From: Bacillota bacterium
GTDB lineage: Bacteria; Bacillota; Sulfobacillia; Fermentithermobacillales; Fermentithermobacillaceae
Assembly: GCA_040880305.1 (NCBI GenBank)
Contig: JBBDIP010000044.1
Span: 15,914-79,913 of the forward strand
Reading direction: 5' to 3'
DNA: 64,000 bases
The notes beneath the pieces are model-generated. The model was not told where the DNA came from. It searched no databases and was given only the letters and a program-made list of their open reading frames with translations. Shown here one piece after another: positions 28,264 to 36,581 of this stretch (within the stretch, counting starts at the first letter, position 1; each line of letters begins with the position of its first letter). A program made the translations under genes and the position numbers.

Positions 28264-29477
28264 AACGTCGAGTTCTGATGCTATCTTGGGAGTACCCGCC
28301 GAACCACGTAGGCGGGCTGGGCCGCCATGTGTACCACCTCGGGCGCGCGCTCGCGAGGCTCGGCGTGCACGTGACGGTTGTGACAAGATCGCCCGACGGG
28401 AGAGGCGCCGTGTGGAACGACGAAGGCGTGACGGTGGTGACCGCACCGGCTTACAGCCTGCACCCGCCCGACTTCGTGACCTGGGCGGCCCAGTTCAACG
28501 TGAGCGTAATGGAGGCTGTCGTGGGAAACCTTTCGGCCGGGGATTTCGACCTGATCCACGCTCATGACTGGATCGTCGCTTACGCTGCGAGGGCTCTTAA
28601 GTACTCCTGGGGAGTGCCTTTGGTGGGGACGATCCACGCCACCGAGCACGGGAGGCAGAACGGACTCCACAATCCGATGCAGCAGCACATCTCGGAGACG
28701 GAGTGGTGGCTCTGCTACCAGGCCTGTCGCGTGGTGACCTGCAGTGAGTACATGAAAGACGAGGTGGGGCGCGTCTTTGGGGTCCCCGGCGACAAGGTCA
28801 GAGTCATTCCTAACGGCATCTCGCCATCCTGGTTCGATCTCCCGCGAGAGATAGCCCCGAAACCCCTGATCCTCTTCGTCGGCAGGCTGGTCCCGGAGAA
28901 AGGCCCCCACATCCTGGTTGAGGCGATGCCTATGGTGCTTTCCGAGTTCCCGGAGGCGCATCTGGTCCTGGCAGGGGACGGCCCTTTGGAGGGCGATATC
29001 CGCCGGCGCATCTACCAGGGAGGGCTCGGGAAGGCTGTCCGTCTTGCGGGGAGGCAGGATGATGAGGGTCTCCGAGATCTTTACAGGAAGGCCTGGGTAG
29101 CGGCGTTCCCCAGCTCGTATGAGCCTTTCGGTATAGTGGCGCTAGAGGCCATGGCGACCGGGGTGCCCTGCATCACCGGCGACGCGGGGGGGCTCAAGGA
29201 GATAATCCAGGACGGTTCGACAGGCCTTCGGGTGCAGCCGGACAACCCGCAGGCCCTGGCGGACGCCGTGAGAGCCCTCTTGCGCGACAGGAATTGGGCC
29301 GAGGGTCTTGCCAAGAAGGCCAAGGCCGTGGCGTCAACCGAGTACTCGTGGGATGACATTGCGCGCAAAACGTTGGCAGTCTACGAAGAGACGCTGGATT
29401 CGACGCGAGTGACCGCCCGCGAGGCGGCCGCAGCCGGTTCGGACATGGGTATACTGCACTCCCTCAGCATGCTATAG
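28260..29477 (+). CDS. Family-4 glycosyltransferase (glycogen-synthase-like GT-B)
   Basis: N-terminal MLSWEYPPNHVGGLGRHV and a C-terminal E-x7-E region (FPSSYEPFGIVALEAMA). The TTG start overlaps the GDE stop. Confidence 0.8.
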   Translation: MKRRVLMLSWEYPPNHVGGLGRHVYHLGRALARLGVHVTVVTRSPDGRGAVWNDEGVTVVTAPAYSLHPPDFVTWAAQFNVSVMEAVVGNLSAGDFDLIHAHDWIVAYAARALKYSWGVPLVGTIHATEHGRQNGLHNPMQQHISETEWWLCYQACRVVTCSEYMKDEVGRVFGVPGDKVRVIPNGISPSWFDLPREIAPKPLILFVGRLVPEKGPHILVEAMPMVLSEFPEAHLVLAGDGPLEGDIRRRIYQGGLGKAVRLAGRQDDEGLRDLYRKAWVAAFPSSYEPFGIVALEAMATGVPCITGDAGGLKEIIQDGSTGLRVQPDNPQALADAVRALLRDRNWAEGLAKKAKAVASTEYSWDDIARKTLAVYEETLDSTRVTAREAAAAGSDMGILHSLSML

Positions 29478-29500
29478 TTCTGCCGTGGGAGGGAGCTGCA

Positions 29501-30283
29501 CTGATCAAGGCTACTAATCTTACCAAGAAATACGGTGGGCTCACGGCGGTCGACCACCTTGATCTCACGGTCAATCCGGGGGAGATATTCGGTTTTCTGG
29601 GCCCCAATGGGGCAGGCAAGACTACCACCATCAAGATGCTCGTCGGACTCCTGGCTCCTACGTCGGGCACCGCCGAGGTCTGCGGGGTGAATGTGGCGGT
29701 CGACCCTATGAGGGCAAAGGCCCAACTTGGGTTCGTGCCTGACACACCCGACATTTATGAAAAACTCAGCGCCAGGGAGCTCCTGGAGTTCGTGGCCGAT
29801 CTCCGAAGGATTGACCGCCGCAAGGCCGCGCTTAAGATACAGGAGCTTCTCGCGCTCTTCGAACTCGTAGATAGGCAGGACGAGCCGTTGGGAGGATATT
29901 CCCACGGCATGAAGCAGAAGATCTGCATCGCGTGCGGCCTTTTGGGTGAGCCCAAGGTGCTATTCCTTGACGAGCCCACAGTTGGGCTCGACCCCAGAAG
30001 CGCCAGGCTGACCAAGGACATCTTGCGCAAGGTCGCCGATGGAGGCGGGACGGTCTTCCTGTCGACTCACGTGCTTGAGATCGCAGAGCGCATGTGCGAC
30101 CGCGTCGGCATTATCCAAAAGGGCAGGCTCATAGCCCAGGGGACAGTCGAGGAACTTCGTCAAAAGGCGGCTATGGGCCGCGAAGGTCAGGACGCGTCGT
30201 TGGAGGATCTGTTCCTGAAACTGACCGGGGGCGAGGAGTACAGAGAGCTTATCCGCCACCTGTCGGGTAGCGAGCGATCCTAG
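29501..30283 (+). CDS. ABC transporter ATP-binding protein
   Basis: Walker A GPNGAGKTT, the signature YSHGMKQK (LSGGxxQR-like), and Walker B LFLDEPTVGLD. The start is uncertain (a non-ATG start after the GGGAGGGAG RBS near 29490; the track ORF begins at an internal ATG, 29636). Confidence 0.75.
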   Translation: MIKATNLTKKYGGLTAVDHLDLTVNPGEIFGFLGPNGAGKTTTIKMLVGLLAPTSGTAEVCGVNVAVDPMRAKAQLGFVPDTPDIYEKLSARELLEFVADLRRIDRRKAALKIQELLALFELVDRQDEPLGGYSHGMKQKICIACGLLGEPKVLFLDEPTVGLDPRSARLTKDILRKVADGGGTVFLSTHVLEIAERMCDRVGIIQKGRLIAQGTVEELRQKAAMGREGQDASLEDLFLKLTGGEEYRELIRHLSGSERS

Positions 30284-30307
30284 CCGCGAAAGACAGGGGG
30301 TGCTGAC

Positions 30308-32017
30308 GTGGAATATGTCTTCATGATCTTGAAGAGGGACCTTCGGTCTCTCTTGGTTCCTAGCGGGAAGAAAGGGCTTAAGTCGCGGCTCACGTTCTAC
30401 CTTGGGGTCGTCTTGTTCCTGGCTCTGGGGGTGGCCGTTGGCTACGGCTCGTACAAGCTCTTCGCCTACCTTGAGGCGACGTTGTCTGTCGTACCCGCCA
30501 TCAAGACCGCGATCGAGATCAACGTGCTGAACGGGATCTCATTGTTCATGTTGATCATGGTGTTCCTTACGGGCATTCAGACGACCTACAAGACCATCTA
30601 CGAGTCAGACGACATCGGCTTCCTCATGGCCCAGCCCGTGCCCGTGCAGTCAATCTTCATCGCGAAATTCCTGACGGCTTACGCGACGCTGGCGGCCACG
30701 GTGCTGGTGATCGGATTGCCTGCGTGGTTGGGCTACGGGGTATCGGTCAAGGCCGGCCCGCTTTTCTACCTGCTTGCCCTGCTTTTGCTTGCGCTGCTCC
30801 TCCTCGTGGCCCACTCGCTGGTCTCGTTCCTGTTGCTGGTGGCCATGAAGTACCTTCCCGGGCGAAAGATGAAGCAGCTCTTTATCGCTTCATCAGCGAT
30901 CTTCGGAGTGCTGCTAGTGCTGCTTAGCCAGATGGCCAGCGCCCAGCTCCAGCGCACCGAGGATCCTTCCAAGATGCTGGAGATGATCGGCAGGGGGCAG
31001 CTGGAACGGACCTGGTACCTGCCAAGCACGTGGATGGTGAACGCGGTCCTGGGCACCATTCGCGAATTTGACCTGAACCCAATCCCATATGCCCTGGCGC
31101 TGGTAGTCTCTTCAGTGGGACTGTCGACGCTGGCTGTCCGCGTGTCCCGCGGGTGGTTCCTCGCCGGCTGGGCGGGCAGAACCGAGGAGACCGCGGTCGG
31201 CGTTGTGAAGAAGCGGTCGCGTGGAAGAGGCTCCTCTTTGGCCGTTCACAGCGCGTTGCCGTCCGGGACGTATTGGACCGTGCTCCGGAAGGATCTCCGG
31301 CTCCTATTTAGGGATCCCCTTGTCTGGTACAACTTGGTCATAGGCGTGATCGTGGTCGGGTTCTTCATCTTCAACATGAAGAGCCAGTCTTCATCCCCCG
31401 GGTTTGGCGGGCAGGACTCCGTCGTGCTTGGGAGCGTGGTTACTATGATGTCAGTTATGATGGGGTCGGTCGCCGGGGCTCAGACGGGCGGGATATCTGT
31501 GTCGAGAGAAGGCGCCAGCTTCTGGCTGGTGCGCGGCAATCCCGTCGACGCCCGCGGCTTTTTCGGCGCCAAGATCACCTACGCGCTACTTCCGCCGGCT
31601 GTCCTGTTCGCTTTGTCGGTGGTGGCGATATCGCTGTCGGGACTCCCTCACGGATCCATGGGCATGGTGATCCTCATGGGCGCTTCAATGGTGGTTACCG
31701 TGGCGTCGGTGCAGATACTCCTTGACGTGTTCTTCCCCGACTTCACGCTTAAGGTCGAATTTGGCTCGTCCAAAAGCGGCCGCGGGACAGGCAAACTAAT
31801 CACGACAATGCTTGGCTCAATGGTGATGGTCTTCGCGTTGTCGTTCCTCATGCTACTCCCGACGACCCCACTTCCCGGGCGGTGGTTTCCGGGTATCACA
31901 ATGAGGACGGCGACGCTCGCAACCCAAGCTGCTGTCGTCGCTATCGCGGTGCTGGCCGGGGGATCGGCTGCCGTCTTCGGCGTTAGGCGAGTGAAACGAA
32001 TCCTGACCGACATGTAG
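30308..32017 (+). CDS. ABC exporter permease-like polytopic membrane protein
   Basis: The GTG start has an AGGGGG RBS. It is 569 aa with roughly 12 hydrophobic helices and is translationally coupled to the ATPase. Confidence 0.65.
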   Translation: MEYVFMILKRDLRSLLVPSGKKGLKSRLTFYLGVVLFLALGVAVGYGSYKLFAYLEATLSVVPAIKTAIEINVLNGISLFMLIMVFLTGIQTTYKTIYESDDIGFLMAQPVPVQSIFIAKFLTAYATLAATVLVIGLPAWLGYGVSVKAGPLFYLLALLLLALLLLVAHSLVSFLLLVAMKYLPGRKMKQLFIASSAIFGVLLVLLSQMASAQLQRTEDPSKMLEMIGRGQLERTWYLPSTWMVNAVLGTIREFDLNPIPYALALVVSSVGLSTLAVRVSRGWFLAGWAGRTEETAVGVVKKRSRGRGSSLAVHSALPSGTYWTVLRKDLRLLFRDPLVWYNLVIGVIVVGFFIFNMKSQSSSPGFGGQDSVVLGSVVTMMSVMMGSVAGAQTGGISVSREGASFWLVRGNPVDARGFFGAKITYALLPPAVLFALSVVAISLSGLPHGSMGMVILMGASMVVTVASVQILLDVFFPDFTLKVEFGSSKSGRGTGKLITTMLGSMVMVFALSFLMLLPTTPLPGRWFPGITMRTATLATQAAVVAIAVLAGGSAAVFGVRRVKRILTDM

Positions 32018-32076
32018 GTTTTTGGGAAAGGGTGGGTGACCACGCCATGAACATTGCCGAGGCGGTGATCAGCTAG

Positions 32077-32916
32077 TTGAACGCTTTGCAGGCTGCGTGT
32101 CTGGGCCTCTTGCAGGGCCTCTCCGAGTTCCTTCCGGTCTCCAGTTCAGGCCACCTAATACTCGGGTCTGCCGTGCTGGGGTTGCCTGCCCCGGGGCTTT
32201 CCTTCAGCATCATGGTCCACCTGGGCACTGCCCTCGCGACAGTCGTCATGCTTTGGCGTGAGATTGGCTGGCTGCTCAAGGGAGTTCTGGCGCCGGAAAG
32301 CCGCGGTGATCGGGGACGAGCGCTCGGCGTCATTTGGATGCTTGTGGTCGCCTCGGTGCCAGGAGCGCTGGTTGGCGTGCTAGGCGGGGATTTTGTGGAG
32401 CGGGCATTTTCATCCCCCGTTGTTGCATCTGCCGGACTCATAATCACCGGCTTCGTCCTCTCGCTGTCTGGGCTGGGCGGAAGGCCGGTACGCCGTTTGC
32501 GGACCACCTCTGGCGTCAGGCAGGAGACACTCAGCACCGTCACTCTAGGCCGGGCCGTGGGCATAGGGGTCGCCCAGGCGGTGGCCATTACGCCGGGGAT
32601 ATCTCGCTCCGGCATGACCATGGTGACTGGCCTGATGACGGGCTTATCCCGCGAGGACGCCGCCCGCTTCTCGTTTCTCCTGGCGTTACCAGCCGTGTTT
32701 GGGGGGGCCTTCCTTGATTACCGCAAGGCGGCGGAAGCAGGCGCTTCCATGTACAGCTCCACTGGTTTGGTAGGCGCGGCCGTGGCATTTGTGGCGGGGA
32801 TCTTCGCCCTTGCGGTCGTCTTCCGCGTGGTCAGGAGGGGCGAACTCTCGAAGTTCGCCTACTACTGCTGGGCCGTGGGTGGGGTCTCGCTGGCCTGGTT
32901 CCTCACCAGAGGCTAG
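32077..32916 (+). CDS. uppP: Undecaprenyl-diphosphate phosphatase
   Basis: GLLQGLSEFLPVSSSGHLIL and later GISRSGMTMVTGL are the two conserved BacA motifs. The start is TTG. Confidence 0.85.
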   Translation: MNALQAACLGLLQGLSEFLPVSSSGHLILGSAVLGLPAPGLSFSIMVHLGTALATVVMLWREIGWLLKGVLAPESRGDRGRALGVIWMLVVASVPGALVGVLGGDFVERAFSSPVVASAGLIITGFVLSLSGLGGRPVRRLRTTSGVRQETLSTVTLGRAVGIGVAQAVAITPGISRSGMTMVTGLMTGLSREDAARFSFLLALPAVFGGAFLDYRKAAEAGASMYSSTGLVGAAVAFVAGIFALAVVFRVVRRGELSKFAYYCWAVGGVSLAWFLTRG

Positions 32917-32976
32917 ACCCGAGTCCACTGGAACCCGTAGTATCCACTCACTCATAGACTAGGCCGGGGGATCTAT

Positions 32977-33432
32977 TTGTACCGTCCAAAAACATGGTCC
33001 TACGCTGCGAACTTGGCTCATATCGTCATCGACGTCTCCACTCGCCAGCTCACCTTTTACTATTCGGGCCGCGCGTTCGGCCCTTATCCCGTTGGGGTGG
33101 GCAAGTACTCCACGCCAACCCCGGTTGGCAACTGGCACGTCGCCCTGCTCGACCCTAGTCCTTGGTGGGAAGTACTTGGTAGCCGGTGGATGGGGCTGGA
33201 TGTCCCCACCGGTAACTACGGCGTCCACGGCACCAACATGGACTGGAGCATCGGCGGATACGTCTCCAACGGCTGCATCCGAATGCACAACTGGGATGTT
33301 GAGACTATCTACCCTTACGTCGTGCCCGGGACACCCGTGACCATTCAGGGCTACTACCCGGCGCAGTACCAGGGCGAATACTGGTGGCAGGCGGTGGCGC
33401 GCCGCAGGCAGGAGCGCAGGTCCCGCCGTTAG
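32977..33432 (+). CDS. L,D-transpeptidase catalytic-domain protein (YkuD family)
   Basis: GVHGTN...SIGGYVSNGCIRMHNWD contains the conserved His and the catalytic Cys. No obvious signal peptide is present. Confidence 0.8.
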   Translation: MYRPKTWSYAANLAHIVIDVSTRQLTFYYSGRAFGPYPVGVGKYSTPTPVGNWHVALLDPSPWWEVLGSRWMGLDVPTGNYGVHGTNMDWSIGGYVSNGCIRMHNWDVETIYPYVVPGTPVTIQGYYPAQYQGEYWWQAVARRRQERRSRR

Positions 33433-33520
33433 GAGCAAAGGTTCCCGCCGGTAGACGCGTCGCGGCCGACAGTAGGACGTAGGGTTGCCGCGATCACCCG
33501 CTCGGTGGCATGATTGGGGC

Positions 33521-34240
33521 ATGGGGAAGCTGTACTTGGTCCGGCACGGCCGGACCGCTTGGAACAAGGGCGAGGTTTTTCGCGGCACGACCGATGTGCC
33601 GCTAGATGAGGTTGGGCGCGAACAGGCTAAGCTACTCGGTCGCGCTCTGTACGAGCAGGCACCGAACCCGATCACCGTCTTTTGCAGTCCTCTGTCGCGC
33701 GCAGCTGAGACTGCCAGGATTGTGTCGGATGCGTTTGGGCGCTACGAGACCTCCAAGACCTCCGATACCTCCGATACCTGCTCCATCCCTCGCCTCATCC
33801 CTCGGCCTATCCCTCTCCCTGACCTGCGGTTCACGGACATCGACGTCGGCGAGTGGAGCGGCATGGCTCTCACAGACGTTGAGACAAAGTATCCCGGACA
33901 GTACGACGCTTGGGTCAGGACCCCGCACCTCGTCAGGTTTCCGGGAGGACAAACCCTGCAGGAAGTCCAGGACCAGGCCTGGAATGGGGTGGAGTCCCTC
34001 GTCACTCTGGCTCGCGAAAACGACGTCATCCTGGTTTCGCACCGTCTCACTCTGAAGACGATTATCCTCAAAGCTGTTGGCGCGGGACTTGAGGACTTCT
34101 GGAGCATTCGCCTGGATACGGCGTCAATCAGCATCCTTGAGATGACAAGCAATGGCGGGGGACAAAGGTTGACCCTGTCAAGACTGAACGATGTGAGTCA
34201 TCTTGCCCAGATGAGACTGCCCGACAGGATCGACTTCTAG
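33521..34240 (+). CDS. Histidine phosphatase family protein carrying a low-complexity insertion encoded by DNA tandem repeats
   Basis: LYLVRHGRTAWNKGEVFRGTTDVPLDEVGREQA. The insertion TSKTSDTSDTCSIPRLIPRPIPLPDL is encoded by direct repeats (acctccgat x2, atccctcg x3). Confidence 0.75.
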   Translation: MGKLYLVRHGRTAWNKGEVFRGTTDVPLDEVGREQAKLLGRALYEQAPNPITVFCSPLSRAAETARIVSDAFGRYETSKTSDTSDTCSIPRLIPRPIPLPDLRFTDIDVGEWSGMALTDVETKYPGQYDAWVRTPHLVRFPGGQTLQEVQDQAWNGVESLVTLARENDVILVSHRLTLKTIILKAVGAGLEDFWSIRLDTASISILEMTSNGGGQRLTLSRLNDVSHLAQMRLPDRIDF

Positions 34241-34283
34241 CCTTCGACCGACTGCAACTATCGGGTGCGACCTCCTCGAGGGG

Positions 34284-34600
34284 TGCTAGTGCCCACGTGG
34301 TGGGCACTGGGGGCAGGATTCTGGTTCGCGAGAGGTATCAGTGCGAACGATATTTGCGCTGAGCGTCAGGTTCGGGCCTTTCTGAGGCTTCAGTGCCAAT
34401 CAGATAGGCACTGACTGCCGATTTCGAGCCTTTGAGAGACTTCAGTGCAAACCAGATTGGCACTGACCGTGCGTTTCAGGCCTTCGAGGAGTCTCAGTGC
34501 CAACCAGATTGGCACTGGCTTCCGATTTCGGGCTTTCGAGAGACTTCAGTGCCAACGAGATTGGCACTGACTGCCGATTCAGAGCCTTCGAGAGATTTCC
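34284..34600. repeat. Array of 6 tandem ~52-53 bp repeats (the 4 central copies well conserved), each containing an 8-9 bp perfect palindrome
   Basis: Units start near 34284, 34336, 34389, 34441, 34494 and 34546. The consensus is TTCAGTGCCAAnCAGATTGGCACTGACTGCCGATTTCGAGCCTTTGAGAGAC, with the hairpin AGTGCCAA-n5-TTGGCACT in each. The first two copies are degenerate (AGTGCCCACgtgGTGGGCACT, AGTGCGAAcgatatTTGCGCT). Confidence 0.7.
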
Positions 34601-34722
34601 GTGACGTAGTCACCGGGCACGGTGGACGCTCTCGCTATTCCTGTCAGCCGCTTCGCTGGCTGAGCGGAATCGCTTGCGCTTGCGGCAAGTCACCCTCCGG
34701 TTGACTTGCCCGGCTGACATGC

Positions 34723-36063
34723 CTAGCACGACACCCTTCTATCCAACGGGCATGCCCCGCCGCAAAGGGCCAGGTCCTCACAGGCCTTACACTTGTCGGG
34801 CAGCACCGGGAGGTCCGGGTGGTCCAGTGAGCCTACCTGACGGCGCTTGCGCAACGCCACTGCCAAAGGGTGCTGCCACATCTTTGGGAAGTCGTCGTTC
34901 ATCGCATTGCCCAAAGACTTGTAGTAGGACTGGCACGGCATGACGTTGCCGTCAGGCTCAACCGCGAGCACTGTGCTGGCGGCTGAACAGGTCTTGACTC
35001 CTAAACCCAGCGAGACAGGGTTGACGTCTTTGTAGCATGCGGGGGTGTACCAGATGAAGGGGAAGGCCAGGTCAGAACTGGTTTTCGTCACCTTATCCAG
35101 TAACAGCCGCAGCTCTGATGGCTCCACACCTGCGGCATCGGTGCCGCGCCCCGATCTGATCAGGGCGTTGATGCCGAACTTCTTGACGCCCAGAGACTGC
35201 GAAAACGGGATGGTCGGCAGGATGGTGCCCTTGTTGTCCTGTGTCACCGTGGTATTGGTCGTGGTATAGATGCGCTGTACGGCGTTCTTGATGCCGTCCA
35301 CCGTCTCTTGCCACGCTCCCAAAGAGCCGACCATGCGGTCGTGAACGTCCTTGTCGGAGGACTCTAGCGTTACCTGGGCGAAGTCCAGCCCAGCGTCGGC
35401 CAGGCTCGCAACTCGCTTCTCGGTGAGAAGCCTGCCGTTGGTGATGAGCCCGGTGATGCAGCCCAGGTCTTGGGCTTCCCGTAAGATTTCCTCAAGGTCT
35501 AATCGCAAAAGGGGCTCGCCGCCTGTGAACACCAAGGTGGGCACCCCCCAAGCCGCGAGTCTGCGGACGATGGATTTCCAGGATGAAGCGGGCAGTTGCG
35601 CTGACTCGTGGGGACCGCCCGCGTAGCAGTGGCCGCAGTTGTTTTGGCAGCGGTAGGTCAGGATCAGGTCGGTCCTGTACGGCGCAGTGAGTTCGACGGA
35701 CAGTGGGTCAATGCGCTTGACCTCGAAATCTGAGAACGGACAGGCTCCGCCGCTGGCCACGGAGATCACGGAGCTCCAAAGGCGCGTCCAGTCGGCTGAC
35801 GCGACCTCGCTTTGGACCTTGAACTTGCGTCTGACCCGTTTGACGATCCCAGGCGAGAGCGCGGGACCTGCGGCGAAGGGGTCGCCCAGGGCGGAGAAGC
35901 CCGTCTTGGCGGCGGCCTCCAGTTCAGCCATGAAGGAGTCGAAGTAGACCCTCGCCACCCGGTCCAAGAACAGCGCAGCCGAGGCGTTGACCACCAGGAC
36001 TCCGGTGCCGTCGGTTTCGCCTCGCAAGTGCAGTTTCAGGTCGCCTATCCGTGCTCTGTCCAA
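34723..36063 (-). CDS. Radical SAM / SPASM-domain protein (Cmo-like cofactor-modifying or peptide-maturase-type) with a ~115 aa N-terminal extension
   Basis: CQNNCGHCY is the CX3CX2C radical SAM motif. The C-terminal cysteines (CYKD...MPCQSYY...CKACEDLALCGGACP) fit a SPASM/twitch auxiliary cluster domain. It is divergent from the AOR operon. Confidence 0.8.
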   Translation of the reverse strand: MDRARIGDLKLHLRGETDGTGVLVVNASAALFLDRVARVYFDSFMAELEAAAKTGFSALGDPFAAGPALSPGIVKRVRRKFKVQSEVASADWTRLWSSVISVASGGACPFSDFEVKRIDPLSVELTAPYRTDLILTYRCQNNCGHCYAGGPHESAQLPASSWKSIVRRLAAWGVPTLVFTGGEPLLRLDLEEILREAQDLGCITGLITNGRLLTEKRVASLADAGLDFAQVTLESSDKDVHDRMVGSLGAWQETVDGIKNAVQRIYTTTNTTVTQDNKGTILPTIPFSQSLGVKKFGINALIRSGRGTDAAGVEPSELRLLLDKVTKTSSDLAFPFIWYTPACYKDVNPVSLGLGVKTCSAASTVLAVEPDGNVMPCQSYYKSLGNAMNDDFPKMWQHPLAVALRKRRQVGSLDHPDLPVLPDKCKACEDLALCGGACPLDRRVSC

Positions 36064-36178
36064 CAGGGGTCGCCTCCCACCGGCATTATATCAGAGGGAG
36101 CCGCCATACCCGGTTGCAGGGCGAGGGGCATGCCGCGTCGAATTTGCCAAGAGATATTCTCGATTGGAGGAGGAGCCA

Positions 36179-36319
36179 ATGAAGCTTTCCGCTCGCTCCG
36201 ACAGGTGCTCAGGCTGCAAGGTGTGCCTGCTCACTTGCGCGCTCACCAATTTTGGCTTGAACAACCCCAGATACGGAGCACTGGGCATAAGCGAGGTTCC
36301 CAGTGCCGGGAAAGTATGA
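36179..36319 (+). CDS. Small 4Fe-4S ferredoxin-motif peptide (46 aa), probably the 5' part of a polyferredoxin gene split by a frameshift
   Basis: A GGAGGAGG RBS lies 5 nt upstream. It contains one CxxCxxCxxxC motif (CSGCKVCLLTC). It overlaps the next ORF by 17 nt in a different frame. Confidence 0.5.
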   Translation: MKLSARSDRCSGCKVCLLTCALTNFGLNNPRYGALGISEVPSAGKV

Positions 36320-36581
36320 GGTCTTGGTTTGTACCAAGTGCGGCGCATGCCGGGACGTCTGCTCTGTCGGCGCCATAAAGGAGCAGGCCGATGGCTCGTT
36401 CAGGGTGGAGAGCGCGGAGTGCGTTGGGTGCGGTGTCTGCGTGGATGCATGCCCGCAGGAAGTGATTCGTTTCATCACCGAGAAGAATGTGGCGTTCGTC
36501 TGCCTCCACTGCGGCGAGTGCATCAAGTACTGCCCGCGGGAAGCGATCGTGGACGAGGATGGAGAGGTGAGGAGGGCATGA
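36303..36581 (+). CDS. 4Fe-4S ferredoxin (three CxxCxxCxxxC motifs)
   Basis: CTKCGACRDVC, CVGCGVCVDAC and CLHCGECIKYC. The stop overlaps the AOR start codon (ATGA). Confidence 0.7.
   Translation: MPGKYEVLVCTKCGACRDVCSVGAIKEQADGSFRVESAECVGCGVCVDACPQEVIRFITEKNVAFVCLHCGECIKYCPREAIVDEDGEVRRA

Noticed and set aside
32959-33675. 238-aa minus-strand ORF
   Set aside because: It overlaps the plus-strand L,D-transpeptidase, which has clear catalytic motifs, and the histidine phosphatase start. It has no recognisable features.
34284-34600. Possible CRISPR array (regularly spaced ~28-bp palindromic repeats)
   Set aside because: The 25-bp 'spacers' between hairpins are about 75% identical to one another. 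The repeat is really a 52-53 bp tandem unit, no cas genes are nearby, and there are only 4-6 copies.
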